A stretch of 64,000 nt of DNA from an uncultured delta proteobacterium (GTDB taxonomy: Bacteria; Myxococcota_A; UBA9160; SZUA-336): positions 160,001 to 224,000 of the forward strand of contig CAVPHD010000004.1 of NCBI GenBank assembly GCA_963704165.1, read 5' to 3'. A model generated the notes under the pieces. That model made no database searches and was not told the origin of the DNA. It saw only the letters and a program-made list of their open reading frames with translations. Position 1 is the stretch's first letter, and every line of letters starts with the position of its first letter. The position numbers were made by a program, and so were the translations under genes. Positions 41,961 to 52,934 of the stretch are shown piece by piece.

Positions 41961-42584
41961 CTACAGTCGCACTCCCGCGTCGCGCAGGATCGCCGTCAGC
42001 ATTCGCTTCATCACCGCGCGCGCGCTCGTGAGCGAGTTGCCTCGTCCGTGCCGAAGGTGCCCCCAGAGCACGGGCGCCATCGCGGCCGACATCGCCTCGA
42101 GCACCTCGGCCCGATCCGCCGCTTCCAGGTCCGCGAGCTCTCGACGGAACAGACGCTCGACGTCCTGGTGTTGAAGCCGAAGCGCGTCCCTCGACACCCG
42201 CAGGGCCTGATCGGCCGCCGGTCCGATCAGCGTTTGCGCGGTCAGCGCGCGCGTGAATGCCGCCATGGCTTCGAGGAACTTCGAGCGGACCTGCGCCAGA
42301 TGCTCGACGCGGGACGCGATCGGCTCGCGGTCGGAGATCTCCTCCAGGTACGGTGCGCAGCGCTGCATCCCCACTTCGACGACGGCGTCGTAGAGCTCCG
42401 CGAGATCCGCGAAGTGGTTGAAGATCGACCGACGCGAGACGCCCGCGCGCTCGGCGATCTGATCGGCGCTCGGTTGGAGCGCGCCTTCCTGCACGAGATC
42501 CAGGCAGGCTTCACAGATCGCCAAGCGCGACTGAACGGTGCGGCTCTGCCGTCCGTCGAGGTTGCCGGCCGTTCCCGAGGACAT
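41961..42584 (-). CDS. TetR family transcriptional regulator
   Basis: N-terminal HTH PSADQIAERAGVSRRSIFNHF. Confidence 0.92.
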   Translation of the reverse strand: MSSGTAGNLDGRQSRTVQSRLAICEACLDLVQEGALQPSADQIAERAGVSRRSIFNHFADLAELYDAVVEVGMQRCAPYLEEISDREPIASRVEHLAQVRSKFLEAMAAFTRALTAQTLIGPAADQALRVSRDALRLQHQDVERLFRRELADLEAADRAEVLEAMSAAMAPVLWGHLRHGRGNSLTSARAVMKRMLTAILRDAGVRL

Positions 42585-42587
42585 GGG

Positions 42588-44429
<1,842 letters not shown>

Positions 44430-44464
44430 CGTGTGGTCATCCTCTGAGCTGGGTTCGGCGATTA

Positions 44465-44481
44465 TTGCACTATGAGTGCAA
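44465..44481. promoter_or_regulatory. Inverted repeat TTGCACT-ATG-AGTGCAA, candidate TetR operator
   Basis: Perfect AT-rich 7-3-7 palindrome in the 71-bp gap between the divergent BVMO and P450 genes. Confidence 0.65.
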
Positions 44482-44500
44482 ATCGTTCAAGCTCGGGTCC

Positions 44501-45762
44501 ATGGCAGAGCAGAGTGCGGTCAAGGCCCGACCGAAGCCGAGCTGGCACGGCGCGGATCCGGCAGAGCCGGCCCTACCTCGACGATCCCTACCCCGTCTAC
44601 CGACGTCTTCGCGAGGAGCACCCGGTCAGCCTGACACCTGATGGTGTCTGGCGGCTCACGCGCTACGACGACTGCCTGCGCATGCTCCGTCTCACCGGCG
44701 CCGGCATGCGGCGCACCGACGGGACGCTTGCCCGGACAGACCCTCGAGGAGGCCGCGGCGGAAGAGCGCGGCCAGTTCATGCTGCTCACGGATCCGCCCA
44801 AGCACACGCGTCTGCGCAAGCTCGTTTCCAAGGCGTTCACGCCGCGCGCGATCGGAGCCTGGCGCCCGCGGATCGAAGCCGTGACCGACGAGCTGCTCGA
44901 CCGCGCGGAGAAGTCGCGGCGAGATGGATCTGATCGCGGACCTCGCGCTGCCGGTTCCCGCGACGCTGATCTGCGAGATGCTCGGCGTGCCGGTGGGAGA
45001 CCGCGACACGTTCACCGAGTGGACGGCCGATGCCACCCACGGCCTCGCGCTGCGCCGCGGAAATTCGCCGCCCGGAGATCGTCGAGCGCGTCGAGAAGGC
45101 TCGCATGGGCCTCGCTGGCTACTTCAACCGGCTGATCCAGGCCCGCCGCGGGCAGACCGGCGACGATCTGCTGAGCGTGCTGATCGCCGCGGAGGAAGAG
45201 GGCGATCGGCTCAGTCCCGAGGAGCTTCTGATCCAGTCGATCGGGCTGCTGATCGCCGGCTTCGAGACGACGATCGGGTTGATCGGCAACGGGCTCACCA
45301 CGCTGATCCGCAACCCCGGCGAGATCGCGCGGCTCCGCGCACAGCCCGAGCTGATCGAGAGCGCGGTCGAGGAGTGCTTGCGCTACTCGGGGCCGATCAC
45401 GTGGACGGTGCGCATCCTCCACGAGCCGGCCGAGTTCGGCGGCTACGCGCTCGACGCGAACGAAGAGGTCGCCGTCGGGCTCGCCGCCGCGAACCGCGAC
45501 CCCGAGCACGTTCGCCGATCCCGAACGCTTCGACATCGCGCGCTTCGCCGCGATCCCCGCACCACCGCCACATCTCTCCTTCGGCGGCGGCGCGCATCTG
45601 TGTCTCGGCGCGCACCTCGCGCGGCTCGAGTCGCAGATCGCCATCGGAAGGCTCGTGCAGCGCTTCACGGATCTCGAGCTCGTCGAGCCGAAGACGACCT
45701 GGGGACGCTCGCTCTTCCGGGTTCCGGCGCGGGTGCCGGTGCGGTTCCGCGCGAGCACCTGA
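44501..45762 (+). CDS. Cytochrome P450 (several apparent indels)
   Basis: DPYPVYRRLRE..PV, DPPKHTRLRKLVSKAFTPR, I-helix LLIAGFETT, ExxR (EECLR), heme motif FGGGAHLCLGAHLAR. Confidence 0.93.
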
Positions 45763-45916
45763 GTGCGCCCATGATCGGGGGATCCGGCTCGCGGCCGCCA
45801 TCTCGGTCCCGCAACGGGACTTTTCGGCGTCGAAATCTGGTCTCTGGGCCGAGTATGAGCCAATATGACGCCGCTCATACGCCGCGTTTGCACGCGGGAG
45901 TACGGTGTCACTGTCA

Positions 45917-46441
45917 ATGAAGACGAACTCCGAAATGAGCGAGATCCCGGCCGTTGTCGTGGCCCAGGTGAACGGCCGCGTGGTGAACCAGAACGCGACC
46001 GCCCGTCGCCTGATGGGAGACGGCGAAGGCCGCGACTGCTGGCACGTCGTCGGAGGTCTGAAGGACGCGGAAGGCTTGCCGTGTCGCACGGGCTGCGTCC
46101 GTGAGCTGCTCGCGAGCGGAATGGACCGCGCCCGGCACACGCGCATCTCGCTCGCCGGGCGACAGCACTCCCTGACCTGCGTGCCGATCGAGGGCGCGGT
46201 CGTCTGTTCGCTGAGCTCGCCCTCGGCGCAGCAGCCGGAGACGTGGGAGCTGCTCACCGCGCGCGAGCGCGACGTGCTTCGGCTTCTCGCGCTCGGAAAG
46301 ACCGACCGCGCGATCGCGGCCGACCTCGGGCTCAGCAGCTCGACGGTGCGAACCCACGTCGAGCACATGCGCTCCAAGCTCGGCGTCGGCACGCGGGCCG
46401 CGTTGGTCGCCCGCGGCTTCGACCTGGGTTTCCTGTGCTGA
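45917..46441 (+). CDS. LuxR-type HTH regulator with an N-terminal Cys-rich PAS-like sensor
   Basis: C-terminal LTARERDVLRLLALG.TDRAIAADLGLSSSTVRTHVEHMRSKLG. N-terminal VV.QN.TARRLMG...DCW.VV.....GLPC..GC. Confidence 0.88.
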   Translation: MKTNSEMSEIPAVVVAQVNGRVVNQNATARRLMGDGEGRDCWHVVGGLKDAEGLPCRTGCVRELLASGMDRARHTRISLAGRQHSLTCVPIEGAVVCSLSSPSAQQPETWELLTARERDVLRLLALGKTDRAIAADLGLSSSTVRTHVEHMRSKLGVGTRAALVARGFDLGFLC

Positions 46442-46470
46442 CGCCGCTCGCCGCGGCTTCGCGCTTCGAG

Positions 46471-46488
46471 ATCGGTCAAATGACCGAT
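46471..46488. promoter_or_regulatory. Palindrome ATCGGTCA-AA-TGACCGAT, candidate LuxR-type operator upstream of nod
   Basis: Perfect 8-2-8 inverted repeat about 120 bp before the nod start, with no U-tract. Confidence 0.55.
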
Positions 46489-46607
46489 TCGCAGCAGATC
46501 CGACCCTGCCTAGGATCTCGCCGGATTTCCATCCGGACGTTTTCGATTCCAAGACGGGAATGGTGCCGTCTTGTTGTGTCGCCTCCAACCGACCGAGGGA
46601 GCCAGAA

Positions 46608-48931
46608 ATGAGCAATGAGAAGAGGAACCTAGCCCAAGTACTGCACGACAAGAAAACGTGGTGGGTCCACTTTCTGATCGTCGCTGCAATCTGTCTGAGC
46701 GGGCTCGTCTATCTCGGCACGGAGACCTACTACGGGGGCTCCGCCGCTCGAGAGCTACGTCTCGACCTCGGGCGAGGTGGTGATCCCGCTCGAGCAGATC
46801 AAGCAGGGTCAGGAGGTCTTCCACCTCCGCGGTCTGATGCTCTACGGCTCCTTCTGGGGTGACGGTGCCGAGCGCGGGCCGGACTTCACGGCCGACGCCC
46901 TGCACCGGACCGCCGTCGCGATGCGGGAGTACTACGAGCGGCACACGGAAGGGGCGCTGACGCAGTACGACAAGGACGCGATCAGGGCCCGGGTGATCCG
47001 CGAGATCAAGACGAACACCTGGAACGAGGGCGCGAAGAACATCGTGGTCAACGATGCTCAGATCCACGCGTTCCAGGAGCTGAAGACGCACTACACCAAG
47101 ATGTTCAACGACCCCGAGTACGCGGAGGCGTTCGAGCCGACGGGATTCATCAGCGACCAGGCCCAGCTCGACGCCCTGTCGGCGTTCTTCTTCTGGGGTG
47201 GTTGGGTTTCCGGCGCGAAGCGGCCGGGTCAGGAGTACAGCTACACGCACAACTGGCCGTACGATCCGGAGGCCGGCAATCTCGCGACGAACGAGACCCT
47301 GATCTGGAGCGTGGTCTCCATCTTCGGACTCTTCCTCGGCGTGCTCGTCATCCTGTACGTCTACGGCCAGTTCAAGGAGGAGGGCGATCCGTTCACGGGT
47401 AACGGGACGTCGCTCACCACGAACGACCTCGAGGTGGGCCGCATCCGCGCTACGCAGAGGGCCTGCTACAAGTTCTTCGTCCTCTCGATCATCCTGTTCG
47501 GGCTCCAGGTTCTCGCGGGAATGCTCGCGGCCACCGACTTCGTTCGCCCGTTCGGGATCTCGCTCGCGAGCATCATCCCGTTCACCGTTCTGCGCAGCTA
47601 CCACACGCTGTTCCAGATCTACTGGTTCTTCATGGCATGGGTCGGCTACACGGTCTTCTTCCTGCCGCGAATCTCGCGAGTTCCGGATGGCCAGCTCTTC
47701 CTGATCAACCTGCTCTTCGCGATCTGCATCGTGACGGGCGTCGGCGCGCTGGTCGGCATCTACGCCGGACAGACCGGAATGATCACCGGTCAGACCGCCT
47801 ACTGGTTCGGAAGCCAGGGCTGGGAGTTCATGGAGCTCGGCCGCGCCTTCCAGTACACGCTGCTCAGCTCGTTCGCGCTGTGGATCTTCATCATCTACCG
47901 CGCGGTCAAGCCGTGGCTGACGACGAAGAACGTCTGGTCGGTTCCTTCGTGGCTGCTCTACGGCAGCGGCATCATGGTCGGCTTCCTGTTCTTCGGGCTG
48001 ATGATCTCGCCCGATCAGAACTGGGCCGTCGCCGACTACTGGCGCTGGATGGTCGTGCACATGTGGGTGGAGGTGACCTTCGAGGTCTTCACCACCGTGA
48101 TCGTCGGCTACATGCTCGTACAGATGGGCCTGATCTCGCGCATGATGTGCGAGCGGGTCATCTTCCTGGCCGTCATGATGTTCCTCGTCACCGCGACGCT
48201 GGGCATCTCGCACAACTTCTACTGGATCGCGAAGCCGACCGGCATCATCGCGGTGGGCGGAGTCTTCTCCACCCTCCAGGTGCTGCCGCTGCTGCTCCTG
48301 ACGCTCGATGCGTGGCGCATGAAGTCCGAGGCGGTCCGCGCGCGGACGCACCTCCTCGCGGGACGGCAGGTCTACGTGATGGAAGGTGTCTGGCTGTACG
48401 TCCTCGCGGTCAACTTCTGGAACATCTTCGGAGCCGGCGTCTTCGGCTCGCTCATCAACCTTCCGATCGTCAACTACTACGAGCACGCGACCTACCTCAC
48501 CGGCAACCACGCACACGCGGCGATGTTCGGTGTGAAGGGCAACATCGCGATCGGCGGAATGCTGTTCTGCGCTCAGCACCTGCTCCCGAACAAGGTCTGG
48601 AACGAGAAGCTGATCCGGACGTCCTTCTGGTCGATGCAGATCGGTCTGCTTGATGATGATGGGTCTGGATCTGTTCCCGGTCGGCGTCTACCAGCTCATG
48701 CTCGTCTTCCGGGAAGGCCTGTGGTTCGCACGGACCCAGGAGGTTCTGACCGGGCCGGTGTGGGCGACCCTGACCTACATGCGCTCGATCGGTGGAACGC
48801 TGTTCATCGTGGGCGGCGTGCTGCCCCTGATCTGGCTGTTCCTGTCCAGGGCCGGCCAGCTTCGGCAGGAGACCCCGGAGCTCGAGCAAGAGGGCGAGTG
48901 GACCGTCTACGAGAAGGACTGGGCAGCGTGA
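46608..48931 (+). CDS. nod: Putative nitric oxide dismutase (Nod-type divergent qNor); apparent frameshifts near 46735 and 48648
   Basis: qNor scaffold (YGSFWGDG..RGPDFTADALH, YSYTHNWPYD, SQGWEFMELGR, heme ligands RSYH and NHAH). It has HMWVEVTFEVFTT, GISHNFYWIAKP (second FeB His to Asn), STLQVLP (Glu to Gln), no AHYxxE quinol motif, and RSIGG instead of R..(G/P)D. Confidence 0.85.
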
Positions 48932-48946
48932 GCTGACCCGGACGAG

Positions 48947-48999
48947 GAGGGGGTTCCGGCGCACAGCGGGTCGAGCCCGTCGGACGCCGGAGCCCCCTC
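48947..48999 (+). terminator. Strong stem-loop just after nod (terminator or mRNA-stabilising hairpin)
   Basis: GAGGGGGTTCCGGCG ... CGCCGGAGCCCCCTC form a 15-bp stem enclosing a small inner hairpin. Only a weak U-tract follows. Confidence 0.5.
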
Positions 49000-49082
49000 G
49001 ACGTTTCCATCGCGCTCGCGGGATAATGTGATGGGTCCGGTCGCGCACCGCGCGAATCGGATCGTGAGCTGGGAGTGCGCCC

Positions 49083-49460
49083 GTGGCCAACATGATCACC
49101 GAGGAATGCGTCAATTGCGGTGCATGTGAGCGCATGTGCCCGGGCGGCGGGATCTCCCAAGGGGAAGAGACGTTCGTCATCGATCCCAGCCGCTGCACCG
49201 AGTGTGTCGGCTTCCATCACACGCAGCAGTGCGCGCGGGTCTGCCCGGTCGATTGCTGCGTGATCGATCCGAACAACATCGAGACCGAGGCCGTGCTCTT
49301 CGAGCGCGCACAGAAGCTGCACGACATCACGGGCCGCGAAGTCGTGCTCGGGCCGGAGACTTCGCACTACCAAGCCCACAAGCGCACGCTCGGCACGACG
49401 CTGAAGAAGCTGAGCCGAGGCCTGACCGACGTCCTTCAGGGGCCTCGACGGCGTTCCTGA
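49083..49460 (+). CDS. YfhL-type 2x[4Fe-4S] ferredoxin
   Basis: ITEECVNCGACERMCP...IDPSRCTECVG.....QCARVCPVDC. Confidence 0.92.
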   Translation: MANMITEECVNCGACERMCPGGGISQGEETFVIDPSRCTECVGFHHTQQCARVCPVDCCVIDPNNIETEAVLFERAQKLHDITGREVVLGPETSHYQAHKRTLGTTLKKLSRGLTDVLQGPRRRS

Positions 49461-49607
49461 ATCGCTCCGCTGCGAGAGCCTGACTCCCCTGCGTCGAGCC
49501 CCATGACATATGATCGACGTCATGGAGAATCCTGCCTTCGCTGACGACAATTCGAAGAAGCCCATGATGATCCCGCTTTCATCCTCTACCGGTCGGGTGC
49601 TTTAGAG

Positions 49608-49895
49608 ATGTGGAAGTACTACGCGCTGATGTTCGTCGCCGTTGCGCTGATTCTCGCGTACACGTACGTTGCGGACCCCTGCCACAAGATGCTTCGAACC
49701 GACTTCGCGAAGGCGAATCCCAACTTCGTGATCCTGGATTCGGAGGCCGAGTCGGGTGCCCCGGAGAGTGTTCACTGCCGGATCTCGTATCAGAAGCCCG
49801 GTGACGACGGGACGTACGAAGACGTCTGGGTCTACCACCGGGGGAGACGGGTTGGGAGTTCTCCCGGGTCAGCGAGTCGGGAGCAAAGAGGCTGA
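49608..49895 (+). CDS. Small hypothetical membrane-anchored/exported protein
   Basis: N-terminal hydrophobic helix, two Cys, plausible codon usage. The 3' end is uncertain. Confidence 0.5.
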   Translation: MWKYYALMFVAVALILAYTYVADPCHKMLRTDFAKANPNFVILDSEAESGAPESVHCRISYQKPGDDGTYEDVWVYHRGRRVGSSPGSASREQRG

Positions 49896-49944
49896 CCTCC
49901 CCGTGACCTACGGTCCGCATCGCGTATCGGCGAATAGCGGCTGG

Positions 49945-50961
49945 ATGTGTCCCCGTTTCAACTCGGCGAGCCTTTTGCGCATGGTCCGCGAAGTGGCCCC
50001 GGGAGTTCTCGGCTTTCAGATGGGCGTGGAGCTGCGATTGTGGCTTCAGCGTCGGCGGGTCGGTGGAGAGCGCGTGCTTCCGACGGCGCTCTATCTCGAG
50101 ACGTCGAGCTACTGCGCCGGCGCCTGCGCCAATTGCTATGTGCCGGCCGTCGATCGTCGCCAACACCTCCAACTCGATGTCGGCATGCTCGATCGTCTGC
50201 TCGTCGCTGCAGAGAAGCTGCCGATCGCGTACGTCTGCATCGTCGGTGGCGAGCCGCTGGACCCATCGATCGTCGATCTCAACTTGCGCCTCGTGCGCGA
50301 GCACCCGCGCACGCGGTTCCTGATCTGCACGAGCGGTGAGCCGGAGATCGGGCCGGAGCTCGGACGCGAGCTCGGTGCGCTCCGCAACCTCTCCCTTCTG
50401 ATCTCGTTCGAAGGCCTTCCCGAGACGCATCAGAGCATCCGCCCCCGCGGCTCCTTCGACAACGCGAGCGCCGCCTTGGATGCCTACCGTCGCTACAGCG
50501 GCAGTCTGTGCGGAGCGAGCGTCACGCTCCGTCCGGACAACTGGCAAGAGGCCACGGGTCCGGAGTTCTTCCGGCAGCTCACGAGCGCGGGTGCTCAGTA
50601 CTTCGTCTACGCTCCGTGTGAGACCCGAACCGGGAACCAGATGCTGAGCCCGGAGCTGCACGCCAGCGCTCTCGATCGACTCGCCGAGCTCTCCGCATCG
50701 TCGAGTGCGCTGGTCTTCTCGTACCCCTTCGGACAGATCCAGGGACGACGAATCGCGCCCGCTCGACGCTTTCGTTCCCTCACCGTGGACTACCTGGGCA
50801 ACGTCTACATCGCGCGCCGTGGTGCGTGCTTCGGCAACGTCTACGACACCGACCTCGCTACGCTGCTCTCTCGGCCCGCGCTCCAGACCGCGTACAGTCA
50901 GGCCGCCGCTGGCCCCGCCCACTGGCGTCCGACGTCGGTGCCGACGGGCGCTTGGACCTGA
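49945..50961 (+). CDS. Radical SAM protein
   Basis: CAGACANCY, IVGGEP, ISFEG...H..IR..GSF and GASVT. Start uncertain. Confidence 0.85.
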   Translation: MCPRFNSASLLRMVREVAPGVLGFQMGVELRLWLQRRRVGGERVLPTALYLETSSYCAGACANCYVPAVDRRQHLQLDVGMLDRLLVAAEKLPIAYVCIVGGEPLDPSIVDLNLRLVREHPRTRFLICTSGEPEIGPELGRELGALRNLSLLISFEGLPETHQSIRPRGSFDNASAALDAYRRYSGSLCGASVTLRPDNWQEATGPEFFRQLTSAGAQYFVYAPCETRTGNQMLSPELHASALDRLAELSASSSALVFSYPFGQIQGRRIAPARRFRSLTVDYLGNVYIARRGACFGNVYDTDLATLLSRPALQTAYSQAAAGPAHWRPTSVPTGAWT

Positions 50962-50979
50962 GCTCGACGATTCACGTCC

Positions 50980-51597
50980 TCACAGGTAGAGGCAGACGTA
51001 GAGCACGGGCCAGATGCCGACGGCGAAATACCACGAGATGCACGCGGCCGAGAAGGCGCTGCTACTCAGCGCGGCCCTCGCGGGGACGTTCTCATCGCGG
51101 AAGGGCTTGAGGCGCAGCCAGATGACGCTCAGGAAGCTCAGCGTCCCCACCACGTGCAAGGCGTGCATTCCGACGATGATGCAGAAGAACACGCCGTGAT
51201 CGCTCGAGGTCAGCGTCAGGCCGTCGTCGATCAAGTTGCGCCACACGATGCCCTGGAAGAACAGGAAGAAGCTGCCCAGAACGATCGCGGCCAGGAGGAG
51301 TGGACCGATTCGCGCGTCTCGATTGTCCCAGGTGCGCGCTGCCCGGAACACGAGGGCGCCGCTTGCCAGCAGTGCGGCGGTGTTGATCGCGGTCTCGCCC
51401 AGCGGGAACCAAGGCTGATTCGGGGGCGGCCAGACGGTGCCATCTACCGATCGCGTCAGCATGAACGCGGTCACCATTCCGAGGAACATCATCGCCTCGG
51501 AGACCACGATGACGATCATCGCGACCATGCCGCGATCGATCGCGAATCGGCGCGCGCGTCGATGCGGCTGAATCGAGACCACGTTCTGTCCGCTCAT
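50980..51597 (-). CDS. Stand-alone cytochrome c oxidase subunit III / NorE-like membrane protein
   Basis: SEAMMF.G...AF, NTAALLASG, LGSFFL.FQG..W, G.FF.I.VGMHALHV.G and WYF..GIWPVLY..LY. Confidence 0.8.
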   Translation of the reverse strand: MSGQNVVSIQPHRRARRFAIDRGMVAMIVIVVSEAMMFLGMVTAFMLTRSVDGTVWPPPNQPWFPLGETAINTAALLASGALVFRAARTWDNRDARIGPLLLAAIVLGSFFLFFQGIVWRNLIDDGLTLTSSDHGVFFCIIVGMHALHVVGTLSFLSVIWLRLKPFRDENVPARAALSSSAFSAACISWYFAVGIWPVLYVCLYL

Positions 51598-51719
51598 GCG
51601 CTGGACTCCCGCACGGGGCCGCTCGTCGGTGGGCACCACCGTCACGGCTTTCGAACGAATCGCATTCTATCAGTCGGCGACGCCGTCCGCCCAGGTCCGG
51701 CGGCAGAGGCTTCGGAAGC

Positions 51720-52373
51720 ATGCGAGTGACGGCGATCATCTTCGACATGGACGGCACGCTCGCCGATTCCATGGAGCAGTACTACGGGATGGCACGCGAC
51801 GTCACGGAGCTGGCGGGCGCGCCACCGGTCTCGCGCGAGCGCGTCCTGGCCCTGATGGGCAGCGGAGAGCCCGAGCTTCTCCGGCGTCTGCTCCCGGACG
51901 ACTTCCTCGACGCCGAGGCCGTGTTGCAGCGCGTGGTGCGCATGCGGATGGCAAGCTGGATCCGCAGCCTCGACGAGATCGATCCGCTGCCCGGCTGTGT
52001 CGATCTGCTCCGCCACCTGCACGGCGAAGGCCGTCAGCTCGGAATCGCCACGTCGTCGGGGCGCGCGCTTCCGTACCTGGACCGTTGGGGTGTGCGCGGT
52101 GTCTTCTCGTCGATCGTCGGTCGCGAAGACGTGGCCAATCGCAAGCCGCACCCCGAGCCGGTTCTCCGTTGCCTCGCCGGCCTCGGAGTCGCGAACGAGC
52201 GCGCGCTCTACGTCGGAGATTCGCCGATCGACATCGCCGCCGGGCGCGCAGCGGGCGTGCGCACCGTCGGTGTTCTCACCGGCACCAGCACGCGCGATGT
52301 GCTCGAAGCCGCGGAACCCGACCACGTACTCGCGAGCGCGGCCGAGCTGCCGGAGCTGCTCCGCGACGAATGA
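51720..52373 (+). CDS. HAD family hydrolase (phosphoglycolate phosphatase-like)
   Basis: FDMDGTL.DS, IATS, KPHPE and YVGDSPIDI.AGRAAG. Confidence 0.9.
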   Translation: MRVTAIIFDMDGTLADSMEQYYGMARDVTELAGAPPVSRERVLALMGSGEPELLRRLLPDDFLDAEAVLQRVVRMRMASWIRSLDEIDPLPGCVDLLRHLHGEGRQLGIATSSGRALPYLDRWGVRGVFSSIVGREDVANRKPHPEPVLRCLAGLGVANERALYVGDSPIDIAAGRAAGVRTVGVLTGTSTRDVLEAAEPDHVLASAAELPELLRDE

Positions 52374-52391
52374 GGCGTCGATGGGTTCCGG

Positions 52392-52719
52392 TCAGATTGC
52401 GCCGAGAAGACCGAGAGGCGTGCCGTCCGCGCTCACGAACGCGAGAGGTGGATCGGCGGGGTAGCCGAGATCGACGAGCTGCGCGCGCCAGGCGTGCACC
52501 GTCGCGCCGGCCATCAGAAGCACCCGCGTAGTGCGCGGCTGATCCGGGGACGATCTCGAATTCGATCTCGTGCGCCTCTTCCCCGAGTCGTCCCAGGCGC
52601 CACGGGCGAATTGTGATCAGCTCGGGATCGCCGGATCCCGCCCCCACGAGGCACACGAGGCCGCTCGCTGCGAGTCCTCCCGCAATTCCAGCACTCGAAG
52701 GTCGCGCGGCGAGATCCAT
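52392..52719 (-). pseudogene. Remnant of uroporphyrinogen-III C-methyltransferase (nirE/cobA-like) with internal deletions
   Basis: Collinear fragments VCLVGAGSGDPELITIR, GRLGEE, FEIVPG, YAG and, in another frame, VLLMAG...LVDLGYPADPPLAFV...GTP, all compressed into about 330 bp. Confidence 0.7.
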
Positions 52720-52934
52720 GCCGCGCTACTGAGGCGGAACGCCCTCTTTTGCCGACCGATCTCGACAGAAGCGCCACAACGATAGCGAGTGGATAGTGGC
52801 AATTTGCACCATAATTCGTGGTTCCTGCCCATCCGATCCGGCTCCAGACGGCTCGCAGCGAATCTGGCGCGTGCGGCGACGCCGTCCTCGGAGCGGGTAT
52901 CCGACTTGCAATTGGCCGCCGCGGGAGGTCCGAC

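Noticed and set aside
46608..48931. Annotation as an ordinary quinol-dependent NO reductase (norZ)
   Set aside because: It lacks the FeB His-His pair, the SALEV Glu and the quinol-site residues, and fits the Nod pattern instead.
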